Under the pieces are notes generated by a model, which saw only the letters and a list, made by a program, of their open reading frames with translations, had not been told where the DNA came from and ran no database searches. Positions 1 through 11,463 of a stretch of 50,243 bases of DNA are shown here, one piece after another (the first letter of the stretch is position 1; every line of letters starts with the position of its first letter). Source of the stretch: Candidatus Rokuibacteriota bacterium. GTDB taxonomy: Bacteria > Methylomirabilota > Methylomirabilia > Rokubacteriales > CSP1-6. The stretch is from the NCBI GenBank assembly GCA_016209385.1, contig JACQWB010000205.1:1-50243 (forward strand). Direction: 5' to 3'. Made by a program: the position numbers and the translations under genes.

Positions 1-64
1 GGCTTCGCCCGCGCAACCGATTCATGGGGGAGGCCTCGGAGGGGGCCGTCGAGGCCCTCTCCGA
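1..64. repeat. Family A palindromic (REP/BIME-like) repeat, partial
   Basis: ggcttcgcccgcgcaa...gggggaggcc-tcggagggggccgtcgaggccctctccga. Near-identical reverse-complement copies lie at 5485-5558 and 26497-26570. Confidence 0.9.
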
Positions 65-80
65 TTGTTCTCGACAATAG

Positions 81-110
81 ATTAGTCGACATCTGACGAC
101 TATCTGTCAA
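81..110 (-). promoter_or_regulatory. Putative sigma70 promoter pointing out of the window, overlapped by GTCGAC/TCGACA operator-like motifs
   Basis: Minus strand: perfect TTGACA (110-105), 18 nt, then ACTAAT (86-81). The patch is AT-rich, with degenerate TGTCGACA-like palindromes at about 68-78 and 83-92. Confidence 0.5.
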
Positions 111-118
111 GAAAAAAA

Positions 119-589
119 TCAGGCGGGCTCCCAGGGCTCGCAGACCGGACACGGAGCGAAACCCTGATCTCTGGCGTCCGCCACCCGCTTGAAATAGATG
201 CGGTCCAGCTCGCCGATGTGCCCGGTCCAGGTGCACTCGCGGGTGTGAAAGAGCCGGCCGCCGCGCTGGGCCAGGTAAGGCTCGGCGGACACGGCCATCG
301 CCTCCGGGGCCGGGCTGAGCTCCGGCTCCGCGGCGCCTCCCGTGCCCGTCTCCGCCGGGGTGGGCGGCGGCGGCTCGTCGACGACGGTTTCGGGCGCCGA
401 CGGAACCGGATCGGGTTCGTTCAGCTGGAGCTTGGTCTCGAGAGTCGAGCGGAACTCTTCGCTGGTCCGCCGGAACTCCCGCATGGCCCGGCCAATCGCC
501 CGGCCGAGCTCAGGGAGGCGCTTCGGCCCGAAGACCAGCAGCGCGATCACCAGGATGAGGAGGAGCTCCTGAAAGCCGATGTCCAGCAT
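119..589 (-). CDS. tatB: Twin-arginine translocase TatB/TatA-family subunit with C-terminal Ada-like metal-binding domain
   Basis: Starts MLDIGFQELLLILVIALLVFGPKRLPELGR (Tat TM helix, GP hinge, amphipathic helix). A Pro-rich linker precedes FHTREC...F...A...GFAPCPVCEP. Start placed at the ATG at 589. Confidence 0.8.
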   Translation of the reverse strand: MLDIGFQELLLILVIALLVFGPKRLPELGRAIGRAMREFRRTSEEFRSTLETKLQLNEPDPVPSAPETVVDEPPPPTPAETGTGGAAEPELSPAPEAMAVSAEPYLAQRGGRLFHTRECTWTGHIGELDRIYFKRVADARDQGFAPCPVCEPWEPA

Positions 590-593
590 GCGG

Positions 594-944
594 TCACTTC
601 CCGCCGATGTCGCGGGCACCCACATCGGCGAGCAACTCCGTCAGCTTGACCTCGAGCAGGCGGATCAGCTCCGGGTCATGGCGGTGGTAGCGGTCCTCGA
701 TCCCGAGGACGCGCAGCTTCCGACCGGCGTCAGCCCACCGCGCCACGATGAAGGCGCGGTGGTCCTCCTCCATGACCGCCACGACGTCGGCCCAGCGCAG
801 GTCGTCTCCGCAGATGGGACGGGGACAGTAGGGCGAGATCCCGACGGAGCGCGTCTCCTGCGCTCCGTTCGTGATCCGCCGAAAGACCTCTTCGGCCGCG
901 GGGCTCCGCGAGATGTTTCCAGTGCAGACGAACAAGAACTTCAC
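594..944 (-). CDS. Low-molecular-weight protein-tyrosine phosphatase family protein
   Basis: N-terminal LFVCTGNISRS (CX5R P-loop), followed by DLRWADVVAVME and GIEDRY. Confidence 0.85.
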   Translation of the reverse strand: MKFLFVCTGNISRSPAAEEVFRRITNGAQETRSVGISPYCPRPICGDDLRWADVVAVMEEDHRAFIVARWADAGRKLRVLGIEDRYHRHDPELIRLLEVKLTELLADVGARDIGGK

Positions 945-1001
945 CGGCCGCCTCCGTCACGGACGCTCACGCAACCGATTCTAGCAGGCTGCGGAAAAAT
1001 C

Positions 1002-1070
1002 TTCGAGCGCGGGCTTGGCCCGCGCAAGCGAAGGGGGGAGGCATCGGAGGGGGGCGGAGTCCCCCTCCGA
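1002..1070. repeat. Family A palindromic repeat
   Basis: ttcgag-cgcgggc-ttg-gcccgcg-caa, linker, gggggagg, tcggagggggg-cggagt-ccccctccga. Confidence 0.9.
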
Positions 1071-1090
1071 GCAATCTAGCACACGCTCCA

Positions 1091-1996
1091 TCACGCGCCC
1101 TTGACGCCGACGGCCCCGTAGAAGTTCAGCGTGCACACGAACGTACGCGCCTCCGCCTGGGCCTTGATCGCCCGCAGCCAGCGCTGCGCGCTTCGAGGGC
1201 CGACGAGCCCGAGACTGACCGCGTTCTCAGCGCGACGCTCCAGCATGGACCAGGTCCAGGGCTCGAGACGCGTGTCCTGATACACGTCGGTGGTCAGCCG
1301 GACCTGCCGGAGCCCGAGCCGCCGGAGCGTCCCGAAGAGGGTCCGCCCGCTCCACGGATCGGCGTAGATCTCGCGAGCCACGTCGTCCAGGATCCGGCTC
1401 GTCAAGCCGCGATCGGGATGGTCGAGGGCGAGCGTCCCGAAGTCCTGGTCCTGCACGCCCACGATCCCGCCCGGGCGCGTGACCCGGATCATCTCCCTGA
1501 GGACCGTCTCCGGATCCGGGACATGGAGGAGCACGGTGATCGCCAGCGCGCCGTCGAAGAGACCGGCGCGAAACCTGAGCCGGGCGCCGTCACCCACCTC
1601 GAAGCGAACCCGGCCGTCCACCCGGTGCTCGCGCGCCAGCCGGCGGGCGACGCGGACAAACACCCGGCTCGGATCCACGCCGACGATGGCGCCGCGAGGA
1701 CCGACCAGCTTCGCGAGATCACGGCAGACGACGCCGGTGCCGCACCCCACCTCCAGCACACGCCAGCCGGGCCTGATCCCGGCGAACCTGAGGAACCGGC
1801 GGCGCAGGCGGACTTGCGTCTTCACCCGCCCCCGCGCCTCGAGGCTCGTGACATAACGCTCGGGGTCGGGCTGGGCGTCGATATCGCGATACGGATCGAT
1901 GTGACGCGGCACGGCGAGCGGAACCAACGCTATCAGGCGACGGACGGCCGAGTCAAGGCGCACCGCTGCGGCACCGGCCCCAGGGGTTCCCGACAC
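1091..1996 (-). CDS. Class I SAM-dependent methyltransferase (UbiE-like)
   Basis: VLEVGCGTG motif I, GVDPS, GDG...FDGA, and LREMIRVTRPGG. Confidence 0.85.
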   Translation of the reverse strand: MSGTPGAGAAAVRLDSAVRRLIALVPLAVPRHIDPYRDIDAQPDPERYVTSLEARGRVKTQVRLRRRFLRFAGIRPGWRVLEVGCGTGVVCRDLAKLVGPRGAIVGVDPSRVFVRVARRLAREHRVDGRVRFEVGDGARLRFRAGLFDGALAITVLLHVPDPETVLREMIRVTRPGGIVGVQDQDFGTLALDHPDRGLTSRILDDVAREIYADPWSGRTLFGTLRRLGLRQVRLTTDVYQDTRLEPWTWSMLERRAENAVSLGLVGPRSAQRWLRAIKAQAEARTFVCTLNFYGAVGVKGA

Positions 1997-2048
1997 GGGA
2001 CGTCCGTAGTATGATTTTTACCAGGTCCATTTCACGACTGGAGGGCCC

Positions 2049-4112
2049 ATGAAGCTCCGTCTTCTCTCCCGCAGTCGCAGCATCCGTGAGGCCGCCGCGA
2101 CCATCTTCGCCGTCAGCTCCCTCCTTCCGCTGCTCGTCTTCCTCTATCTTCTGTGGCGTTACGAGCTGGTCGCGGAGACCGATGCCCAGCTGGGCCTGCT
2201 CCTCGCCCTCCTGATCGCCCTCCTGGGCTTCGTCGTCTTCCAGCGCATGGTCAACCGCATCAGCGATCTCGCCCAAGCCGTGATAACGCCGAAGCCGGCC
2301 GACCTCGCGACGACGCCGGCCGAAGCCGCGATGGTGCCGGGTCTCGGCCCGGTGGCAGAGCTCGGCCAGATCACGGACGCGTTCAACCGCCTCCTCGAGG
2401 ACCTTCGCGGGTCTACGGAGCGACTCGAGGACCTCGTCTTCAAGCTCGGGACGCTGAACGAGATGGTGGAGCTGGCAGCCCGAATCCCGGCGATGCAGGA
2501 CCTCCTCGGCCTGGTGCTCGAGCGGACGATGCGAACCGTGCGCGCGAGGATCGGCTCCATCATGCTCCTGGACCGCGAGCGGCAGACGCTCCGGATCGCC
2601 GCGGCCCGCGGGCTCCCGGAAGAGGTGACCCGCGGCGTCGAGGTCAGGGTGGGCGAAGGGATCGCCGGCCGGGCGGTGCAGCTCGGGGAACCGATCCTCG
2701 TCGACGACGTGGAGACCGACCCGCGCTTCGGCAAAGCCAACGACCCGAAGTACGGCGGTGGCTCCTTCATCTGCATGCCGGTCCGGGTGGGGGACCGGAT
2801 CATCGGCGTCATCAACCTGGCCAAAAAGGAGTACGGCGCCACCACGCCGGCTGACCTGCGGTCCTTCGGCCCCAGCGATCTGCAGTTCCTGAACGCGCTG
2901 ATGACGTACATCGCCTACGCCCTCGACAACGCGCGCCTCCTGGAAGAGGCCCGGCAAGCGGCCAGCCGTCTCGCGGAAGTGGTGAGGGACCAGCAGCTCC
3001 GGTTGACCCTCGCCCAGCAGCAGATGCTCCAGACCGAGAAGCTCTCGGCCCTGGGGCAGCTGGTGGCGGGCGTCGCCCACGAGCTGAACAACCCGCTGAC
3101 GGTCCTGCTCGGCAGCGCGCACATCATGCGGGACCAGGCCCCGGAGCCGTTGCACCCGACCCTCGATCTCATGGTCGAGCAGGCCGAGAGGAGCCGGCGG
3201 ATCGTTCAGGGGCTGCTCACCTTTGCCCGGCGCCTGCCCCTCGAACGCGAGCGCGTCGACCTGGGCGACCTCCTGGCCAAGGTCCTGAGCGTCACCGCCT
3301 CCGACCTCCAGCTCGCGGGGATCAGCGTGGAGCAGCAGGTCGAACCCGGCCTGCCGCCCCTCTGGGCGGACGGCGGTCAGCTCCAGCAGGTCCTGCTGAA
3401 CCTCGTCACCAACGCCAAGCAGGCGATGACAGAGGCGGACGGCGACCGACGACTCCGCATCGCCATGCGGCGCGCCGGTCCGGACCGCGTGGTCATTCTG
3501 GTGCAGGACACCGGCCCGGGCGTGCCCGCCGAGATCCTGCCGAAGGTCTTCGACCCGTTCGTGACGACCAAGGGAGCCCGGGGAACCGGTCTCGGCCTCA
3601 GCATCTCCTACGGCATCATCCAGGAACACGGCGGTGACCTCCGCGTGGACAGCACGGGGAGCCAGGGCACGACCTTCGCGATCGAGCTACCCATCGGGAC
3701 GCTGGCGACGGAGCCCGTCAAGGAGACGCCCGGCGGGCCCGCGACGCTGGCGGGGCGCCGCATCCTCGTGGTCGAGGACGATCCGGCGGTGCGCCGGCTC
3801 GTGCACGCGTACCTGGAAGCGGCCGGCTGCGACACCGTCTGCGTCACGACCGCCGAGGAGGCCCTCGAAGCCCTGTCGGAACCGGTCGACCTGGTACTCT
3901 CCGACGTCTACCTGCCCGGCATGGACGCCCTCGCGCTCTACCGGGAGGCCACCACCCGGGACTCTCGCCTGAGGCGCCGCTTTCTGCTGATGACGGGGGG
4001 CCTGATCACCGATGCCATCCAGGGGTTTCTGGCCCAGGGCGAGGGTAAACTGCTGCAGAAGCCGTTCTCGCGCGAGCAGCTCCTGGACGTCGTGCGCGAA
4101 CTCCTGAAATGA
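2049..4112 (+). CDS. Hybrid histidine kinase: 2 TM, HAMP-like, GAF, HisKA, HATPase, REC
   Basis: Two hydrophobic helices, a GAF domain (GEGIAG, DPRF, YALDNARL), H-box AHELNNPL, N-box NLVTNA, DTGPG, GTGLGL, and a REC domain (VVEDD, SDVYLP, KPF). Confidence 0.92.
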   Translation: MKLRLLSRSRSIREAAATIFAVSSLLPLLVFLYLLWRYELVAETDAQLGLLLALLIALLGFVVFQRMVNRISDLAQAVITPKPADLATTPAEAAMVPGLGPVAELGQITDAFNRLLEDLRGSTERLEDLVFKLGTLNEMVELAARIPAMQDLLGLVLERTMRTVRARIGSIMLLDRERQTLRIAAARGLPEEVTRGVEVRVGEGIAGRAVQLGEPILVDDVETDPRFGKANDPKYGGGSFICMPVRVGDRIIGVINLAKKEYGATTPADLRSFGPSDLQFLNALMTYIAYALDNARLLEEARQAASRLAEVVRDQQLRLTLAQQQMLQTEKLSALGQLVAGVAHELNNPLTVLLGSAHIMRDQAPEPLHPTLDLMVEQAERSRRIVQGLLTFARRLPLERERVDLGDLLAKVLSVTASDLQLAGISVEQQVEPGLPPLWADGGQLQQVLLNLVTNAKQAMTEADGDRRLRIAMRRAGPDRVVILVQDTGPGVPAEILPKVFDPFVTTKGARGTGLGLSISYGIIQEHGGDLRVDSTGSQGTTFAIELPIGTLATEPVKETPGGPATLAGRRILVVEDDPAVRRLVHAYLEAAGCDTVCVTTAEEALEALSEPVDLVLSDVYLPGMDALALYREATTRDSRLRRRFLLMTGGLITDAIQGFLAQGEGKLLQKPFSREQLLDVVRELLK

Positions 4113-4131
4113 TCGCCGGCTGACAGGCGGC

Positions 4132-5478
<1,347 letters not shown>

Positions 5479-5484
5479 GTCAAA

Positions 5485-5558
5485 TCGGAGGGGGCCTCGA
5501 CGGCCCCCTCCGAGGCCTCCCCCAGGAATCGCTTGCGCGGGCAAAGCCCGCGCTCGAA
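5485..5558. repeat. Family A palindromic repeat (reverse orientation), directly after a stop codon
   Basis: tcggagggggcctcgacggccccctccga-ggcctcccccaggaatcgcttg-cgcgggcaaagcccgcg-ctcgaa. Confidence 0.92.
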
Positions 5559-5784
5559 GAGGTCCTAGCCCGATCAGTTTCTCATCGCTGGTAAGTTCCT
5601 CACCGGGGCGAGAACGCGCGATCAAAGCCCCGGTAACTGTCTGAAACGACTCGCCTGCCCCGCTTCCTCCTCCCCGGCCCCGAGTCCCAGGTGGTAAAGA
5701 ACTGGCCGGTTCATCCGCGATGACGCCCACCGTCGAACTCGAAAAAGCCTTGGACCATCACCGCTTATCCGATCCCTCCAACCT

Positions 5785-5800
5785 TGGTCCCCCTCTTGCA
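5785..5800 (+). promoter_or_regulatory. Possible sigma54 (-24/-12) promoter upstream of the lone receiver gene
   Basis: TGGtccccctcTTGCA gives GG-N10-GC spacing with a perfect TTGCA. The -24 half is only a partial match. It lies just downstream of a sigma54 activator gene. Confidence 0.3.
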
Positions 5801-5896
5801 GCCGTTCGGCGCCCGGGGTGAGCGAGAGGGAATCGTCGGTAGGCCCCTCCGACTCTCTCCCCACCAAACCGATAACTCACACCCAAGAGGGGGAAC

Positions 5897-6364
5897 ATGG
5901 CGACCGAGGGGAGTCGCCCGACTTCGACCTCCATGGCTCCGGATGACCTCCTGGCCTTTCCGGAAGCCCATGGTCGGGGCCGTTCGGTGAAGAACGACAG
6001 GCAAAAGATCCTCATCGTCGACGACGCCGGCCCAGTCGTAGTCCTGTGCGTGAACGTGCTGCAGTCCCTCGGATACGCGGTCAAGGGCGCCAATCGAGGC
6101 GAGCGAGCCCTGGAGTTGGTGGCCCACGAGGAGTTCGACCTCATGGTGGTGGATTACAGGATGCCGGGGATGGATGGGTTCCAGGTGGTCCGGCAAGCTC
6201 GAGCGGTGCGACCGGACATGGCCTTCATCCTGGTGACAGCTCACGGCACCCCGGAGGTCCTTGACGAAGCGAACCGCATGGGTTTCAGCTCCATCCTGTC
6301 CAAGCCGTTCACGCCCGATGAGCTGCGCGACGCCGTCGAGCGGGCCCTGCCCACAAAGGGATAG
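5897..6364 (+). CDS. Single-domain response regulator (CheY-like receiver)
   Basis: ILIVDD, LMVVDYRMPGMDG, LVTA, SKPF. RBS gagggggaac precedes the ATG. Confidence 0.9.
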   Translation: MATEGSRPTSTSMAPDDLLAFPEAHGRGRSVKNDRQKILIVDDAGPVVVLCVNVLQSLGYAVKGANRGERALELVAHEEFDLMVVDYRMPGMDGFQVVRQARAVRPDMAFILVTAHGTPEVLDEANRMGFSSILSKPFTPDELRDAVERALPTKG

Positions 6365-6369
6365 CCGGG

Positions 6370-7317
6370 ATGCCGGCGCCAGACGACGCTGAGCCGAGGA
6401 TGAAGACGCCGACCCGGCGCGGGTGGCTCGTCGGGGGCATCCGCTGGGGGCTCGACCGGATGCTGTCTGTCGGCTACGGGGTCGTCTACGACTTCATCTT
6501 CGAGCGCTTCGCTCCCTACCTGAGCCTTCGGCGCGAAGTCCTGGCGCTGGTGGAAACCTCCGTCCCTGAGTCGGTTGACCGGCGCGATGTCCACGTGCTG
6601 GACGTGGGATGCGGGCCCGGCAATTTCGCCGTCAGCCTCGCCGAAGCCGGGTTCTCGGTCGTGGGCATCGACCCGTACGCCGCCCTGGTCGAACTGGCCA
6701 GGGAGAAGCGGCGGGCGAAGCACCTTCCGAACCTCGCTTTCCGTCACGCCGACCTCACGATCGGCAACACCTTCAGAGACGGGGCGTTCGACCAGGTCGT
6801 GAACATCCACTCGCTCTACCTCAATCCGACTCCAGACCGACTGCTCAGGGAAACCTACCGGGTCCTGAAGCCCGGCGGCAGCGCGGTCTTCGTGAACTTC
6901 ACGCGGCGGGTCTGGCTGCGGGCTACCTTCCGGGCGGTCAGGGCCCGCGCGGGCCTGAGCGCCGCGCTCCGGTGTCTCCTGTGGCTCCTCCCCAACTCGA
7001 TCTTCGAAGCCACGCGGACCCAGATCGGGCCCCACTACTGGGAGGAGGACGAGTTCTCGCGCAGGTTGCGCGACGCCGGCTTCACAGTGCTGGAGATGCG
7101 ACGGACATTCCTGGACGGGGCGAGCCTCCTGGCGTGGGCCCGGAAGGACAGCGACGAGCCGAGGCGCTTCGGCGCCGGCAGCTTCATCGCCTGCGCCAGC
7201 GACGAGGCGAGGCCCGAGCAGATGAGGCAGAGGCGAGGCCCGAACCGAAGGGAGGTGAGACGTTTCGTGGGGAGTGGATCACAGTGCGTTGAACTCCATG
7301 TCATCTTTGGGACGTGA
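6370..7317 (+). CDS. Class I SAM-dependent methyltransferase; C-terminus extended by family B repeat sequence
   Basis: VLDVGCGPG, GIDP, HADL, FDQVV, YRVLKPGG. Residues after ARKDS are translated repeat DNA. The start could be 6400. Confidence 0.85.
   Translation: MPAPDDAEPRMKTPTRRGWLVGGIRWGLDRMLSVGYGVVYDFIFERFAPYLSLRREVLALVETSVPESVDRRDVHVLDVGCGPGNFAVSLAEAGFSVVGIDPYAALVELAREKRRAKHLPNLAFRHADLTIGNTFRDGAFDQVVNIHSLYLNPTPDRLLRETYRVLKPGGSAVFVNFTRRVWLRATFRAVRARAGLSAALRCLLWLLPNSIFEATRTQIGPHYWEEDEFSRRLRDAGFTVLEMRRTFLDGASLLAWARKDSDEPRRFGAGSFIACASDEARPEQMRQRRGPNRREVRRFVGSGSQCVELHVIFGT
7156..7243 (+). repeat. Family B repeat, in frame in the methyltransferase 3' end
   Basis: gagccgaggcgcttcggcgccggcagcttcatcgcc...cgacgaggcgaggcccgagca...gaggcgaggccc, nearly identical to 36576-36663. 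Confidence 0.92.
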
Positions 7318-7365
7318 CTTGGTGCTCGCCGGGGCGACCCGAGCGAGTGGTGAGGAGATGACGAG

Positions 7366-8019
7366 ATGAAGCGGAACTTGAAACGATCGTTGAGATGGAT
7401 GATCGGACTGCTGGTCGCGAGCGGAGTGCTCGTGCTGAGCCCGGTGACAACCCTGGCTCAGACTGGCGTCGCGCAGGGTGTTCTCTACGAGGTGCTCGAG
7501 GCCCCGCCGGCTGAGTTCACGCCGAGCGGCGCGCGGATCATGCCCGGCGTCATCCTGCCGATTGGGATAAGGCTCGCTCAGGCAACCGAGACCGGGACCT
7601 TGCAGGGGTCCGGGACCCTGGAGTTTCTGACCGGGAGCGTCACCGTGCAAGCGCAGTCGCGCGTCCCTGTGGACCCGGACACGGGCTTTGGCACCGGCCA
7701 GGTCGACGGCAAGTTCTTCGTTAACACCGTCAGCGGAAAGCTGAAGGGGCAGCTCGACCTGTCGCCGCTCACGAGCACCAACTGCGCGGGCGGACCCTGC
7801 CCGTACGCGCCGATCACAGGAAGCTGGTCCACGGTCAACGGCGCCCAGAAGACCTCGGGCCTGTTCAGCGGGATCTTCCTTATCCCGTTCCAGGTCAGTG
7901 GGGTGTGGTACTACCTGGACCCGTCCACGGGGCTGACCACCACGACCCCGCTTCAGCCTAACGAGTTCGACAAGAACGGCTCGCCGTTGATCAAGCTCCA
8001 CGTCACGCTCTTCCAGTAG
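7366..8019 (+). CDS. Secreted hypothetical protein, predicted beta-rich
   Basis: RBS gaggag. Basic N-region, hydrophobic stretch and TLA-Q signal-peptidase-like site. The mature part is Gly/Thr-rich with a CAGGPC pair. No recognisable family. Confidence 0.75.
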   Translation: MKRNLKRSLRWMIGLLVASGVLVLSPVTTLAQTGVAQGVLYEVLEAPPAEFTPSGARIMPGVILPIGIRLAQATETGTLQGSGTLEFLTGSVTVQAQSRVPVDPDTGFGTGQVDGKFFVNTVSGKLKGQLDLSPLTSTNCAGGPCPYAPITGSWSTVNGAQKTSGLFSGIFLIPFQVSGVWYYLDPSTGLTTTTPLQPNEFDKNGSPLIKLHVTLFQ

Positions 8020-8027
8020 CGCGGACG

Positions 8028-8054
8028 CCCGAGGGGGGTCACTCCCCCCTCGGG
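8028..8054. terminator. GC-rich hairpin after 7366-8019, a variant of family A hairpin 2
   Basis: cccgaggggg-gtcact-ccccctcggg, 9 nt after the stop codon. No U-tract. Confidence 0.45.
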
Positions 8055-8100
8055 CCCCCCGCCGGGCAGTGAACCCTGTGACGAAGCGCGAGGGGATGGG

Positions 8101-8646
8101 ATGAGCGCGACAGCAATCGAGGCCAACAGCGTATGCCAGGAGGACGGCGCAGCGGCCAGCGACGGGCTGGTCCGCCTCCGCCTCGGCGGAGCGATCACCG
8201 CCGCGACCGCCCCGCGGCTCCGCAAGCTGATCCGCGGGTACGCGAGGCCGGGAGATGCGCGGCTGCTCGTGGACCTGGAGGGCGTGCCGGCGATCGATGT
8301 CTGCGGGATCGCCGCGCTCCTCGACGGCTTGAAGGTGATCGAAGCCCAGCCGGGCGGTGTTATGATGTTGCGGGTGAACCCGACGGTGCGCCAGGCATTG
8401 AGAAAATCCGGAACGATCACGGCCTTCCGGTTCTGGAACGGTCAAGGGCAGTTCGAGCCGAGTGGCGTCGGCCATGCCGTGTGGCAGGCCCGCCACGAGG
8501 CGAGGCCCGAGTGGCACTTCGAGCCGAGGGGCTCCCGACGAGCCGCAGGCGTGGCAGTTCGAGCCGAGGCGCTTCGGACGAGCCGGAGGCGAGGACAGCG
8601 ACGAGGCGAGACCCGAGTAAACAGCCACGAGGCGAGGCCCAAATAG
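8101..8646 (+). CDS. STAS-domain protein (anti-sigma-factor antagonist-like); C-terminal ~65 aa are family B repeat
   Basis: VRLRLGGAI...LLVDLEGVPAIDVCGIAALL...LRVNPTVRQALRKSG fits a STAS fold. The usual phospho-Ser of DSSG reads DVCG. Confidence 0.8.
   Translation: MSATAIEANSVCQEDGAAASDGLVRLRLGGAITAATAPRLRKLIRGYARPGDARLLVDLEGVPAIDVCGIAALLDGLKVIEAQPGGVMMLRVNPTVRQALRKSGTITAFRFWNGQGQFEPSGVGHAVWQARHEARPEWHFEPRGSRRAAGVAVRAEALRTSRRRGQRRGETRVNSHEARPK
8447..8643 (+). repeat. Family B tandem array (about 3 units)
   Basis: Recurrent ttcgagccgag (3x) and cgaggcgag(g/a)ccc (3x) with different hairpin-forming cores between them. Confidence 0.9.
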
Positions 8647-8648
8647 GT

Positions 8649-9309
8649 GTGATCGAAGCGCAACGGGTGTCGCTCGACGCTCCGGCCGCGGGGCTCGGGG
8701 CGGCGGATCAGGGGATCGTGGTCACGCGGGGGAAACGGGTCGCCCTGCGGACATTCACGCCGGGGGACCTCGTCTACCTCTCGGAGTGGGCGGAGGACCC
8801 CTTCGTCGAGCGGATGGTCGGGAGCGAACTCCTCTATGCCTACAAGTACGTGTACGACAAGCACCCGTCATTCTACGAGGCGTGCCTGACCGATCCGACC
8901 CAGATCATCCTGGTCATCACGGCCAGGGAGTGGTCGAAGCCGGTGGGGCTCGTGCGGCTGTACAACATCCACCTGCTCGAGGGATACGCCTTCCTCGAGA
9001 CGATCATCGCGAACCAGCGGGCCCTGCGCAAAGGATACGGCGTCCAGGCCAGCAAGCTGGTCGGCTACTACGCGATCGACGTGTTGGGGCTGAGACGGAT
9101 CGAGGCGAAGGTCTACGAGTACAACTTCGTGAGCATCAACTCCATGCGTCGAAACGGATTCCGCCAGGAAGGCGTCCTGCGGAAGGCAGGCTTCCAGGGT
9201 GGCCAGTGCTGGGACGTGATCGTGTTCGGAATCCTGAGAGAAGAGATCGAAGAGCAGCGCGGAAAGGACAAGTACCTCCTTCCCCTCGACGGATCCAAGG
9301 GGGACGGAA

Positions 9310-9323
<14 letters not shown>
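8649..9323 (+). CDS. GNAT acetyltransferase, RimJ/RimL-like
   Basis: VALRTFTPGDL, RKGYG (acetyl-CoA loop), LGLRRIEAKVYEYNFVSI, NGFRQEGVLR. GTG start at 8649; the ORF track's upstream extension is repeat DNA. Confidence 0.85.
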
Positions 9324-11451
<2,128 letters not shown>

Positions 11452-11463
11452 GGGACCCCGCGC

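Noticed and set aside
8447-8643. CRISPR interpretation of the family B (and 20140-20523 family A) arrays
   Set aside because: The repeats are degenerate and irregularly spaced, the intervening cores recur at other loci and are self-complementary rather than unique spacers, and there are no cas genes or leader.
8133-8648. N-terminal extension of the GNAT ORF as given in the ORF track (likewise 22676-23707, 36186-36677, 43512-43655, 44758-44841)
   Set aside because: These extensions overlap other real genes or repeat DNA. Family homology begins only at the downstream starts used here.
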